A DNA stretch of 64,000 nucleotides, from contig CAVXZU010000014.1 in NCBI GenBank assembly GCA_963766185.1, positions 113,128-177,127 of the forward strand. The letters are read 5' to 3'. This stretch comes from an uncultured delta proteobacterium. Lineage in GTDB: Bacteria > Desulfobacterota > Desulfobaccia > Desulfobaccales > 0-14-0-80-60-11. Each line of letters opens with the position of its first letter. The stretch's first letter is position 1. Below, piece after piece: positions 47,311 to 59,877 of this stretch. The notes under the pieces were generated by a model. It did no database searches and was not told where the DNA came from. It was given only the letters and a program-made list of their open reading frames with translations. The translations under genes were made by a program, and so were the position numbers.

Positions 47311-50300
47311 ATGGTGTTGAGCAGCGAGAGCCCTCGTGAGCCCTTGCTTCGGCTGAGGTCTTACCTTCCGGGAGGGGACTTGGGGCGGAAGTATGCCGGC
47401 GACGACCTGCCGTTGCGATCGGAGTTGTTCAGCGCCGAGCAGATGGAGCAGCATGGCAAGATCCTGGCGGGCTTGCACCAGCTGAGCCCGGAACGTCCCC
47501 GGGACCGGCTGCTGACACGGCTGGCAGAGAATGAAGACCTCCTCATTGGGGTCCGCGGCCTGTTGACGGAGGCGGTCAAGGCCAATCGCCGAATGACGCC
47601 GGCCGGGGAATGGCTGCTCGACAACTTTTATCTGATCGAAGAACAGATTCGCACCGCCAAGAGGCATTTGCCCAAAGGTTACAGCCGGGAACTCCCTCGC
47701 CTGCTGAATGGTCCGTCGGCCGGGCTGCCCCGGGTGTATGACCTGGCGCTGGAGACGATCTCACACGGCGATGGACGGGTGGACCCGGAAAGTCTCAGCA
47801 GTTTCGTTGCCGCCTACCAGACCGTCATACCCCTGAAGTTGGGGGAATTGTGGGCCATCCCCATCATGCTGCGCCTGGCTCTGATCGAGAACCTGCGGCG
47901 CGTGGCCGCCCGGATTGCCGCCGACCGGACCGACCAAAACCATGCCGATTACTGGGCGGACCAGATGACGGAGATCGCCGAGACCGACCCCAAGAGCCTG
48001 ATCCTGGTGATCGCCGACATGGCGCGGTCGAACCCGCCGATGGTGAGCTCGTTCGTGGCGGAACTGACGCGCCGGTTGCAGGGGCAGGGCCCCGCCCTGG
48101 CCTTGCCCCTCACCTGGATCGAGCAGCGACTTGCCGAAAGCGGGTGGACGATCAAGAAGTTGGTACAGGCAGAGAACCAACAACAAGCCGCGGATCAGGT
48201 CTCCATGAGCAATAGTATCGGCAGCCTCCGTTTCCTGGGGGCGATGGACTGGCGCTCCTTCGTCGAGACGCTGAGCGTGGTCGAGCAGACCCTGCGTACG
48301 GATCCTCACGGCGTCTATGGCACGATGAATTTTGCCACCCGTGACCGCTACCGACATGTCGTGGAGAAAATCGCCAAGACCAGCCCGCACTCCGAAAGCG
48401 AGATCGCGCTCCAGGCGATCCAATTGGCGCACGAGGGCGCGGCCAGGAACGGCGACGACCGCACGGCCCATGTCGGCTTTTATCTGATCGATGCGGGATT
48501 AACGCAGCTCGAGGCGGCCGTGGCCAGGCGCCGCTCCTTCTTGGAGACGGTGTGCAGTGTGACCTGCCGGTTCCCTTTGCTGCTGTATGGGGGTCCGATC
48601 ACGCTGCTTTCGGTAATCATTGCCGGCGGCTTCCTGGCGCAGGCCCATGCCGGGGGGGTATCCGGTTGGCCGCTGGCGCTGATCGCCATCCTCTCGCTTC
48701 TAGGCGCCAGTCATCTGGCAATCGCCCTGGTGAACTGGCTGGCGACGTTGCTGGTGACGCCGCACCCACTGCCGCGCCTGGACTTTTCCGCCGGAATTCC
48801 CGTGGACTCGAGGACCCTGGCGGTGGTGCCGACCATGCTCACGAGCCCCCAGAATATCACGGCTCTGATCGAGGCGCTTGAAGTCCGGTTCCTGGCAAAC
48901 CGGGACGAAAACCTGCACTTCGGTCTGCTGACTGATTTTCGGGATGCGGACGCAGAAACCCTGCCGGAAGACGAGTCGCTGCTGAGGCTGGCCCGGCAGG
49001 GCATCGAAGCGTTGAACAAAAAGTACCGGAACGCCAAAGGCGATATTTTTTTCCTGTTCCATCGCCCTCGCCGCTGGAATCCCCGGGAGCGGATTTGGAT
49101 GGGTTACGAGCGCAAGCGGGGCAAGCTCGCGGAACTGAATTCCTTGTTGCGCGGGGGCTCCAGGGAGTGTTTCTCGCTCATCGTCGGGGCGACTGCAGCC
49201 TTATCGGGCGTGAAGTACGTGATCACCCTGGATACCGACACGCAACTGCCCCGGGACTCGGCCTGGCAGCTGGTGGGAGCCATGGCGCACCCCTTGAACC
49301 GGGCGCACTTACGACGCGGACCAGCAGCTGGTGCTGCAAGGGCTACGGCATCCTGCAGCCCCGCGTGGCCGTGAGCCTGCCCGGCACGAACCGGTCGCGT
49401 TATGCGCAACTCTGGGGGAGTGATCCGGGCATCGATCCGTATACCCAGGCCGTTTCCGATGTTTACCAGGATCTGTTCCAGGAAGGCTCGTTCATCGGCA
49501 AGGGCATCTACGAGGTCGATGCGTTCGAGCAGGCGCTCCACGGGCGCTTCCCCGAAAACCGGATTCTCAGCCACGATCTTCTGGAAGGGTGTTACGCCCG
49601 GGCCGGGTTGTTGAGCGATGTGCAGCTCTACGAGGAATACCCCTCGCGCTATAGCGCCGACGTAAGCCGCCGGTACCGTTGGATCCGCGGGGATTGGCTT
49701 ATTGCGCGGTGGCTGCTGCCGGGGGTTCCCGGCCCTGGCCCACACCTTCAGAAGAATCCGCTCTCGGGTCTATCCCGATGGAAGATTTTCGACAACCTGC
49801 GCCGCAGTCTCGTGGCCCCGGCGTTGACGCTCCTGTTGCTCCTGGGCTGGACGGTCCTGCCATCAGCCTGGTTTTGGACCTTGTCGGTGATCGGGATCAT
49901 CCTGATTCCTTCTTTGATGAGCTCTCTTCTGGATATGTTTCGGAAGCCGGGCGATGTGCTTCTGGGCCAGCACCTCACTGGCATAGGGCGCTCGACCGTC
50001 CGGCACCTGGCCCAGGCCGCCTTTACGCTGGTGTGTCTCCCCTATGAGGCATTTTTCAGTCTGGATGCGATCATCCGCACGAGCGTCCGGCTGCTGATTA
50101 CCCACAAGCGGCTTCTTGAATGGAATCCGTCGGGCGATTCCGATCGCCCCGGCCGCGGGGATCTGGTCGGCTCCTATCAAACGATGTGGATCGGCCCCTT
50201 TGTCTCTGTGGCCGCGGTAATCTACCTCGCGTGTGCGAGGCCAGCCGTGTTATTGACGGCTGGGCCCATACTGGGCCTCTGGTTGGCTTCGCCGGCTATC

Positions 50301-53300
50301 GCCTGGTGGATCAGTCGACCGCTCCTGCGCCGCGCCGCCAGGTTGACGGCAGACCAAACCCTCTTCCTCCAGAAGATTGCCCGAAAGACCTGGGCGTTTT
50401 TCGAGACCTTCGTCGGCCCGGAAGATCATTGGCTGCCGCCCGATAACTATCAGGAGCATCCCGTGGCCAGGGTGGCGCACCGCACCTCGCCGACCAACAT
50501 GGGGCTGGCGCTCCTGGCGAATTTATCCGCCTACGACTTCGGCTACATTTCAGCCGGACGACTTGTCGAACGCACGGCGAACACGCTCCACACCATGGCA
50601 GCTTTGGAGCGGCACCGGGGCCACTTCTACAACTGGTACGACACGCAGTCTCTGCAGCCTTTGTTGCCCATCTACATTTCCACCGTGGACAGCGGCAACC
50701 TGGCGGGGCATCTGCTGACCTTGCGGGCCGGTCTGCTCGCCCTTCCCGATCAGCCGATCCTGGGGGGACGCTGGTTTGACGGACTGATTCACACCCTCAA
50801 GATTATTGTGGACGCGGCGGCAGGAGCCGCTCTGGCCCCGCTGGCCCAACTGCAAAAAGATCTGGCGTCAGCAGCCGCGGCCCCGCCAACTACGCTGGCG
50901 GCGGTGCGGCTGTGCCTCGAGGGGCTGGCGGCGTCCGCCGAGGTGATGGTCCGCAGCCTCGATGCCGATCCCGAGAGCCAGGTGCGGTGGTGGACGGATA
51001 TCCTGTCACGGCAGTGCCGGGATGGACTCGATGAGTTGACCTTTCTGGCGCCATGGACCTCGTTGCCGGCTTCGCCGGGCAATCTCAGCGAGTTCCCGGG
51101 TATCGACGGGAATCCGACGCTCCGCCAATTGGCCAGGCTTGAGGTGAATCTGCTGCCGGCCATCGCGCCTCAACTCGCTTTGGCGGTAACGCCCGAGGAG
51201 TGCGCCCGGTTTGATAAGCTTCAAGGCCTCATCACGGAGGCCAGCCGCCGGGCCGGCGCCAGGATTGCGGCTATTGAAGAGCTGGCCCGGCAATCGAGCG
51301 AATTCGCCCGTATGGAGTATGATTTCCTGTTCGACAAGGCGCGTCACTTAATGGCTATCGGCTACAATGTGAGCGAGCGTCGGCTGGACTCGAGTTACTA
51401 CGATCTGCTGGCTTCGGAAGCGAGATTTCCCACGTTCGTGGCGATTGCCCAAGGTGAGTTGCCCCAGGATAGCTGGTTTGCCCTGGGACGTCTCCTCACC
51501 ACCGTGGGGGGAGAATCGCTGCTCCTGTCGTGGAGCGGGTCGATGTTCGAATACCTCATGCCGCTCCTGGTAATGCCGACCTACGAACACACGCTGCTCG
51601 ACCAGACCTGTAAAGTGGCGGTGGCGAGGCAGATCGAGTATGGCAAAAAGCGCGGGGTGCCGTGGGGCATTTCAGAATCCGGTTACAATGCCATCGATAT
51701 TCATCTCAACTACCAGTACCGCGCCTTCGGCGTGCCCGGCCTGGGACTCAAGCGCGGCCTGGCCGAGGACCTGGTCATCGCCCCGTATGCCTCGGCACTG
51801 GCGTTGATGGTGGCGCCCGAGGCGGCCTGCTCGAATCTCGAGCACCTGACCGCGGCAGGGTTTGAAGGGAAATTCGGCTTCTATGAAGCCATCGACTACA
51901 CGCCGTCGCGCCTGCCCCGGGGCAAATCCAGCGCCGTGGTTCGGTCCTTCATGGCCCATCACCAGGGCATGAGCCTCCTCTCCCTGGCCTATCTGCTCCT
52001 GGACCGGCCGATGCAGCAGCGCTTCGAATCGGACCCGTTGTTCCAGTCGACCTTGTTGTTGCTCCAGGAGCGGATTCCCAAAGCCACGACTTTTTATGTG
52101 CACACCGAAGAGATCACCGGCCCACAGCCGACCTCCAGTGATGCGGAGACCCCGGTGCGGGTTTTCAACAGCCCCGATACACCGATACCGGAAGTGCAGT
52201 TGTTGTCGAATGGCAGGTATCATGTGATGATCACCAACGCCGGCGGCGGTTACAGCCGCTGGAAGGATATCGCGGTCACCCGTTGGCGCGAAGACAGTAC
52301 CTGCGACAACTGGGGCACGTTCTGTTACCTCCGGGACGTGACGAGCGGGGAGTTCTGGTCCACCGCCTATCAGCCGACCCTGAAGCGATCCGGGAATTTT
52401 GAGGCCATCTTCTCGGAAGGGCGAGCCGAGTTCCGTTGCCGCCAACAAGACTTTGACGCCTATACCGAGATCGTGGTTTCCCCCGAAGACGATATCGAGT
52501 TGCGCCGCATCACCATTACCAATCGCGCCCGGACCACAAGAGAGATCGACGTCACGAGTTACGCCGAAGTAGTCCTGGCGCCGCCAGCCGCGGATGCACT
52601 GCATCCGGCGTTCAGCAATCTCTTTGTGCAGTCCGAGATTATCCGCCCCCGGCACGCCATCCTCTGCACACGCCGGCCCCGCTCCCTCGACGAGCGGGCG
52701 CTCTGGATGTTTCACCTGATGGCGGTGCATGGGGCGGAGATCGGTGAGATTTCCTACGAGACTGACCGCATGCGGTTCATCGGCCGGGGCGGGACCGTCG
52801 CTGATCCAGAGGCGATGCGCGGTCCAGAGGGGCTCTCGGGCGCCGAGGGCTCAGTGTTGGACCCGATTGTCGCCATCCGGTACCGCCTCAGGCTCGATCC
52901 GGGAGCCTCGGTAACGGTCAATGTGGTCTCCGGCATCGGCGAAACTCGCGAGGCGTGCCTGGGCCTGGTAGAGAAATACCAGGACCGGCGTCTGGCGGAC
53001 CGCGTCTTTGATCTGGCCTGGCCGCATAACCAGGTGGTTTTGCGGCAGATCAACGCCTCAGAGGCAGATGCTCAGCTCTACTGTCGCCTGGCGAGCTCGG
53101 TAATCTATGCCAATGCGACGCTGCGAGCCGACCCCGGTGTCCTCATCAAAAACCGCCGGGGGCAATCCGGTCTCTGGGGTTACTCCATTTCCGGGGATTT
53201 GCCCATCGTGCTGCTGCAGATTGAAGATCCGGCCAATATCGACCTGGTGCGTCAACTCATACAGGCCCATGCCTACTGGCGCTTAAAAGGATTGGCGGTT

Positions 53301-56042
53301 GACCTGGTGATCTGGAATGAAGATCACGCCGGTTACCGGCAACTTCTCCACGACCAGGTCATCGGACTCATTGCCGCCGGGGTCGAGGCCAGCGAGATAG
53401 ACCGGCCAGGCGGCATTTTCGTAAGATCTGGGGACCAGATATCGGAGGAGGACCGCATTCTGTTCCAAACGGTGGCCCGGGCCATCATCAGCGATAGCCG
53501 GGGGGCGCTGGGGGACCAGCTCAACCGTCGGGGCCAGGTGGAAGTGACCGTACCGCCCCTGACGCCGACCCGAACCCACCGCGCCGAATCCCCGGGAACG
53601 GCTGCATTGTCCCGCCGTGATCTGATGTTCTTCAATGGGCTGGGCGGATTCACCCCGGACGGACGCGAGTACGTCATTACGACCGCTCCCGGGCAGGAGA
53701 CTCCGGCGCCCTGGGTAAATGTGCTGGCCAACCCGCACTTCGGCACCGTCATCTCGGAGAGCGGCGGCGCCTATACCTGGAGCGAGAATGCCCACGAGTT
53801 CCGCCTCACTCCCTGGGAGAACGATCCCGTGGGCGATGCGAGCGGAGAAGCCTTCTATATCCGTGATGAAGAGACCGGCCACTTCTGGTCCCCCATGCCG
53901 CTGCCCAGCCGCGGCGTGACGCCTTACGCCAGCCGCCACGGATTCGGTTACAGTGTTTTCGAGCACACCGAGGATGGCATCAGCTCTGAGGTGTGGGTTT
54001 ACGTGGCCCTGGATACACCGATTAAGTTCACGGTGCTCAAAGTGCGGAACGTCTCGGGCCGGTCGCGCCGCCTCTCCGTTACGGGTTACCTGGCATGGGT
54101 TATGGGAGATCAGCGGTCGAAATCCGCCATGCACGTGTGCACGGAAGTTGACCCGAAGAGCGGGGCGCTCTTCGCCCGCAATCCTTATAACACGGAGTTC
54201 GCCGATCGAGTCGCCTTCTTCGAGGTGGATGCGGAGATTCGGACCATAAGCGGCGACCGGACCGAATTCCTGGGGCGTAACGGCACGCTTCGCAGTCCCG
54301 CGGCCATGACCCGGTCGCGGCTCTCCGGCAAGGTGGGGACCGCTTTGGACCCCTGTGCCGCGATTCAGGTTCCCTTCGAGCTGGCCGACGGCCAAGAGCG
54401 TGAGATCGTCTTCACCCTCGGCGCCGGGCGCGGCATCGATGCAGCCAGAGACCTGGCGCGCCGCTTCCGGGGACCAACTGCCGCCCGTGAGGCTCTCGAT
54501 GCGGTCTGGCATTATTGGAATCATACTCTGGGCGCGGTGCAGGTGGAAACCCCCGACCCATCCCTCAACGTGCTCACGAACGGCTGGCTGTTATACCAGA
54601 CTCTGGCCTGCCGCGTTTGGGCGCGCAGCGGCTTTTACCAATCAGGGGGCGCCTTCGGTTTCCGGGATCAGTTGCAGGACGTCATGGCGCTGATCTACGC
54701 CGAGCCGCACCTGGTGCGGGAGCACCTGCTCCTGTGCGCCTCACGCCAGTTCCCGGAAGGAGATGTGCAGCATTGGTGGCACCCCCCCCTGGGCCGGGGC
54801 GTGCGCACCCATTGCTCCGATGATTACCTCTGGCTGCCGTTGGCGACGTGCCGCTACGTCTTGAACACCGGGGACACCGGCGTGTTGGCTGAGCCGGTTC
54901 ACTTCGTCCAGGGCCGCCCAGTAAACGCCGAGGAGGACTCGTATTACGATTTGCCCAGTTGGTCTCAAAAAGCGGCCAGTTTGTATGACCACTGTGTGCG
55001 AGCCATCCTGAGGGGCCTCAGATTCGGCGAGCACGGCTTGCCGCTCATGGGCTCCGGTGACTGGAATGACGGCATGAACCTGGTGGGCGCACACGGCAAG
55101 GGTGAAAGCGTCTGGTTGGGCTTTTTCTTTTATGAAGTGCTTATGCAGTTCACGAAAGTTGCCCGCTCCCGGGGCGACATCTCCTTCGCCGAGCGTTGCG
55201 AAACAGAGGCGGCCGGGCTGCGCCGCAATATCGAAGCGCATGGCTGGGACGGCGAGTGGTATCGCCGCGCCTACTTCGATGACGGCTCACCGCTGGGGTC
55301 GGCGCTCAACCCCGAGTGCCGGATCGATTCGATTTCCCAGAGCTGGTCCGTTCTCTCCGGTGCGGGAGAGGCGGTCCGGGCCCGCCTGGGCATGGAAGCT
55401 ATGGATCAGCGTCTCGTGCGCCGGGAGCCGGCGCTCATCCAGCTGTTAGATCCGCCGTTTGACAAGTCGACGTTAAATCCCGGCTACATCAAAGGCTACG
55501 TCCCCGGGGTGAGGGAGAACGGCGGGCAATACACCCACGCGGCGATTTGGGCGGCCATGGCCTTTGCGGCCTTGGGCGACCAGGCCCGGGCCTGGGAACT
55601 CCTGGCCATGATCAACCCGTTGCACCATGCCGGATCTCCCGAGGCGATGGCCATCTATAAAGTTGAACCCTACGTCATGGCGGCCGACGTCTATGCCCTC
55701 TCGCCGCATATTGGCCGCGGTGGCTGGACGTGGTATACCGGGTCTGCCGGCTGGATGTACCGGCTGATCGTGGAATCACTCCTGGGGCTGAGGCTCGAGG
55801 TGGATAAGCTGCGGTTCACGCCATGCCTCCCGGCGGATTGGCCGCGCTTCACCATGCATTACCGCTATCGGGAGACGGTTTACCACATCATAGTCCAGCG
55901 CTCGCCGGCCGAAAATGGCGAGGCGCAGGTGATCGTTGACGGCGTCGACCAACCCGATAACACGATTCCCCTGGTTGACGACCATCAAGAACACTATGTT
56001 GAGGTGAGCCTGCCCGCGGGGCGCAGTCAAACGCAGCATTGA
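47311..56042 (+). pseudogene. cyclic beta-1,2-glucan synthase (Cgs/NdvB/ChvB-type: membrane GT84 glycosyltransferase + GH94 phosphorylase-like domain), ~2,900 aa, two frame breaks as sequenced
   Basis: ATG 47311 after AAAGGAG. ORFs 47269..49374 and 49095..56042 are bridged by 11 codons in the third frame: ...MAHPLNRAH/YDADQQLVLQG/YGILQPRVAVSLPG (extra t ~49309 and extra g/c ~49340-49343). GT motifs TLDTDTQLP and YGILQPRV, multiple TM segments, and a C-terminal GH94-like region (FRDQLQD..., GDWNDGMN, GGQYTHAAIWAAMA). Confidence 0.85.
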
Positions 56043-56231
56043 CCCCTAAAAGGAAATAGCCGCGACGGTTTCCCCCGAATTCGCCATCTCCTGCCCCAGC
56101 CGGTTGGCCATTTTTGTTTTGCGGCGTTAAGATGGATTTGTGCTATCCTATCTTTATGGCAAACGCTATAAGTGCTTCACTATCCTTCGTCCTGACCAGA
56201 CTGAAAAGTCGAATAATTAAAGGAGAACGCG

Positions 56232-56333
56232 ATGGGAGACAAAGGTAAGAAGGATAAAGGCAAGAAGGAAGCCAAAAAGCCCAAGAAAGACAAACCGAAG
56301 GGCGGCCCCAAAGAAAAGCCCAGCAATAAGTAG
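56232..56333 (+). CDS. 33-aa lysine-rich small protein (candidate)
   Basis: AAAGGAGA RBS 7 nt upstream of the ATG. MGDKGKKDKGKKEAKKPKKDKPKGGPKEKPSNK*. Below the 60-aa cut-off of the ORF track. Confidence 0.4.
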   Translation: MGDKGKKDKGKKEAKKPKKDKPKGGPKEKPSNK

Positions 56334-56454
56334 CAGGTCTAACCGCGTGAGGGGTGGGTTAGATCAGCCCGCCCCTCTCCCTCAACGCCGCGCTCACGTT
56401 TTGAGACGTTGCCTTGGCGCTCACGGCCGCGCTCTATCTTGCCAAACCCTGGCC

Positions 56455-59127
56455 TTAATCCGCGACCAGGGACATCTCCACGCGCCTCACCCCGTCATCG
56501 AAGGCCTTGATGCTGAAGCCCGTTTTCTTCATGAGGCCCAGCATAGGCAGGTTGGTGGCCAGAACATCACCAGAGAGCATCTTGACCCCGTTGTCCCGGG
56601 CAATCTCAATAACCCGCTCGATGAGTTTTTCACCCAGGCCCTTGCCCTGCCAGGGGTCCGCGACGATCACGGCGAATTCCGCGGTGGACCGGTCCGCGGC
56701 CATGACCATGCGGCTGACTCCCATCATGACCTCGGGACCCGGCGGCAGGCCGATGGCCATCAGGCCCAGCTCGCGGTCGTAATCGTTTTGGGTGAAGCGG
56801 ATGAGCATTTCATGGGTCCACTTCTTGATCAGCTTGAAGTAGCGAAAATAAACGGTATCTTCCGAACAGTTGCTGAGGAACTCGGCCACCAGGGATTCGT
56901 CTTCCGGTTTCATGGGCCGCAGCAACAGGGGCATCCCGTCTTCCAGGAGCCAGTCGCTTTCGTATTGGTTGGGGTAGGGGGCGATGATCAGGTGGCGGGG
57001 GGCCGGCACGGTGCTCGGTTCCAGGAGAATCCTGGCATCCACACAAACCGGGCGGCCATTGCTGATCAGCAGGGGGTTAATGTCCAGTTCCACTATCTCC
57101 GGGAAGTCCGCCACGAGCTGGGAGAGGCGCACCAAAACCTCTTCCAGAAGGTCCAGATGCGCGGGCGGGATGTTACGGTAGCCCTGAAGAACCTTATAGA
57201 AGCGGGTCCGCTCCATAAGCCGCCGGGCCAGCAGCAGATTAAGGGGAGGAAGATCCACGGACGATTCGTGGAGGACTTCGGTCAGAACCCCGCCCAGGCC
57301 GAAAACCAGCAACGGTCCGAACTGAGGGTCTCTCTTGGACCCTAAAATCAGTTCCAGGGGCGATTTTTCCACCTGGGTCTGAATGGTTACGCCAAAGATC
57401 CTGGCCTCAGGCCTGGCAGCCCGGGCCCGGTTCACCATGTCCTCAAAAGCGGCCGCCACTTCTTCTTCACTCTTGAGAAAGGCCTGCACCCCATCCACAT
57501 CCGACTTATGAGAAATTTCCGGAGAGTGAATCTTCGCCACCACCGGAAACCCGAGCTTTTTGGCTGCGGCGGCCGCGGCCGCGGCGGTTGACGCAGTCAC
57601 GGTGGGATTTACCGGAATGCCATAAGCCGAGAGAATCGCCTTGGCTTCCACTTCAGTCAGCAGCAGCGTTTGGCGCTTGAAGAACTCGTCGATAAAGGTC
57701 CGGACCTGCTTCGTGTTCACCTTCAGATCAGCAGGGAGCCGGGGTGGCGTTTCCTGGAGCAGTTCCAGGTTACGGGTGTAGGAGTACATCTCCATGAAGG
57801 TATCCACCGCTTCCTCGACGGTCTCGTACGTCGGGATGCCGGCCTCATTTAACAACCGAATCCCCGGGGCCACGTCATTGGCCCCCATCCAGACGGCAAA
57901 GACGGGCTTGGCCTGTTTTTTGATCTCCGGGGCCAGGGTCTGGGCCACGGCAGTGGGGTCGGTCATGGCCTGGGGGGAAAGGAGGACCAGCACGCCGGCG
58001 ACTTCCGGAGCGGCCAGGACGCCCTGCACCGCCGCTAAATACCGCTCCGGCGGCGCATCCCCCAGGATATCCACCGGATTGCTCCGGCTCCAAAACGGCG
58101 GCAACACCTGGTCGAGACTCCCCACGGTTTCGGGGCTCAAGACCGCCGGCTCCAACTCCCACTTGCTGAAGGCGTCCACCGCCATCACCCCCGGCCCGCC
58201 GGCATTGGTAATGATGGCCAGGTCCCCCCCCAGGGGACGGCTCATTTTGCCCAAAGCCTCGGCGCAGTTAAAGAGCTGGGCGATGGTGTCCACCCGAATG
58301 ATGCCGGCCCGCCGGAACGCCGCATTATAAGCTTCGTCTTTGCCGGCCAGGGCGCCGGTATGCGAGGTTGCGGCCCGGGCGGCCGCTTCGCTCCGGCCGG
58401 ACTTCACCACGATGATGGGTTTCACCCGGGACACCGAACGGGCGGCGCTCATGAACTGGCGGTGGTGCGTCAGGCTTTCCATGTAAATGAGGATGCTGCG
58501 CACCTGGTCAACGTTGCCTAAATAGTCGATCATTTCGGCAAAATCGAGGTCCGCCATGGAACCGATGCTGACGAAATGGCTGAAGCCGATATTCTGATCC
58601 TCGGCCATATCCAGGATCGCACTGCAGATGGCCCCGCTCTGGGAGAGCAGGGCCACGCTCCCGGGTCGCACCGAATGCGCCGCAAAACTGGCGTTGAGGT
58701 GGGCGTGAGGGCACAGAATCCCCATGCAGTTGGGCCCGAGATAGCGAATACCGCCGGCCTGGGCCGCCGCATGGATCTCGGCTTCGATCTTCTCCCCCTC
58801 TTGGCCCACTTCCTTGCCGCCGGCGGAGATAATGATCACCCCGGGAACTTTGGCCCGGCCGCACTCCCGCATGATCTCCGGCACCCCTTTGATGGGAACG
58901 GCCACGATGGCAAGATCGATGCCGGCAGGCGCGGCCGTGATCGACGGAAAAGCCTTAATCCCCAAGATTTCTGTATGGTTGGGGTTGATGGGATAAATGC
59001 GCCCCGGAAAGCCGTCCTTTTGCAAATTCTCTATGAGGATGCGGCCGATGCTGTTCTCCTTGGCACTGGCTCCCACAATGGCAATTGATTCCGGCTTAAA
59101 AAATTTATCAAGGATATGACTGTGCAT
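56455..59127 (-). CDS. Pat-like bifunctional protein: ADP-forming acyl-CoA synthetase-like region (CoA-binding + ligase-CoA + ATP-grasp) fused to a C-terminal GNAT acetyltransferase
   Basis: 890 aa. N-terminus FKPESIAIVGASAKENSIGRILIENL, HTGALAG, ATP-grasp region KAILSAYGIPV...GFPVVAKIHSPEISHKSDVDGV, GNAT motif A ADPWQGKGLGEKLIERVIEIAR. Confidence 0.88.
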   Translation of the reverse strand: MHSHILDKFFKPESIAIVGASAKENSIGRILIENLQKDGFPGRIYPINPNHTEILGIKAFPSITAAPAGIDLAIVAVPIKGVPEIMRECGRAKVPGVIIISAGGKEVGQEGEKIEAEIHAAAQAGGIRYLGPNCMGILCPHAHLNASFAAHSVRPGSVALLSQSGAICSAILDMAEDQNIGFSHFVSIGSMADLDFAEMIDYLGNVDQVRSILIYMESLTHHRQFMSAARSVSRVKPIIVVKSGRSEAAARAATSHTGALAGKDEAYNAAFRRAGIIRVDTIAQLFNCAEALGKMSRPLGGDLAIITNAGGPGVMAVDAFSKWELEPAVLSPETVGSLDQVLPPFWSRSNPVDILGDAPPERYLAAVQGVLAAPEVAGVLVLLSPQAMTDPTAVAQTLAPEIKKQAKPVFAVWMGANDVAPGIRLLNEAGIPTYETVEEAVDTFMEMYSYTRNLELLQETPPRLPADLKVNTKQVRTFIDEFFKRQTLLLTEVEAKAILSAYGIPVNPTVTASTAAAAAAAAKKLGFPVVAKIHSPEISHKSDVDGVQAFLKSEEEVAAAFEDMVNRARAARPEARIFGVTIQTQVEKSPLELILGSKRDPQFGPLLVFGLGGVLTEVLHESSVDLPPLNLLLARRLMERTRFYKVLQGYRNIPPAHLDLLEEVLVRLSQLVADFPEIVELDINPLLISNGRPVCVDARILLEPSTVPAPRHLIIAPYPNQYESDWLLEDGMPLLLRPMKPEDESLVAEFLSNCSEDTVYFRYFKLIKKWTHEMLIRFTQNDYDRELGLMAIGLPPGPEVMMGVSRMVMAADRSTAEFAVIVADPWQGKGLGEKLIERVIEIARDNGVKMLSGDVLATNLPMLGLMKKTGFSIKAFDDGVRRVEMSLVAD

Positions 59128-59283
59128 CCTGACCTCCGCCCCGTTGCGTCATCTTTGACCGCGCTGGCGCCTCATAGTTACTCTTATAGCGTTTGTAGCG
59201 TTTGCCCAAAGTTCTTTCCTCTTGTCGCCTTTCCCCCCAGCAGGGGTGAGGGGGGGACAAGAGGATAGACTGATCTGACGCCT

Positions 59284-59877
59284 TTATGTTTTCTTCTTCT
59301 TCCACTCAGAAAGCAACACCTCAAGGTCATTAAGAATTTCCGGCATCGACAAGGCGGCGGCAAATTCTCGTACCCACCGCCGCACCCGCCGGAGGTTAAG
59401 CTTCGAGTGAGCCGCCAGCACAGCCTCAATGTCGGCCAGGTCCTGGGGACGATGGGCCACTGCCTTCATGATGATCAGGTCCTCCGGAAGCGGCAGGGGG
59501 ATCTGGACGCCGCCCAGGTCCATCCAGGTGGCCTCGGCTACGGCCCTTTTCTCGAAGGGGAGCGACCCGAAGACAATATCGACATCTATACCACTTTCCT
59601 GGTGACGCATGAGGAGGACCCGGGCTTCCCGGGCAAAGGCCAGGGCATCATCACGCCGTAAGCTGAAACCATGCCCCACTCCTGCGGCCATAAACTCACC
59701 CCAGTTGCCCTCCTCCACCAGCACGAGTGCGTCCACGTCCCGGGTTAGCCGGGGCCGGCCCAAAAGGGAAGCCGCCAGGCCGCCGATAACCACTCCCGGA
59801 ACCTTCCCGGCCTTCCACCAGGCCACCAGGTCCCGCATAACCGCCAGCAGGGGCGCCAGTTCGGTGGGGTCAACCAT
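59284..59877 (-). CDS. minimal nucleotidyltransferase-fold protein (MNT/AbiEii-like)
   Basis: Start MVDPTELAPLL. This ATG overlaps the upstream stop by 8 nt. VVIGGLAASLLGRPRLTRDVDALV (G-x-hhG / D-x-D NTase core), IDVDIVF, EDLIIMKAVAHRPQDLADI. Confidence 0.7.
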   Translation of the reverse strand: MVDPTELAPLLAVMRDLVAWWKAGKVPGVVIGGLAASLLGRPRLTRDVDALVLVEEGNWGEFMAAGVGHGFSLRRDDALAFAREARVLLMRHQESGIDVDIVFGSLPFEKRAVAEATWMDLGGVQIPLPLPEDLIIMKAVAHRPQDLADIEAVLAAHSKLNLRRVRRWVREFAAALSMPEILNDLEVLLSEWKKKKT

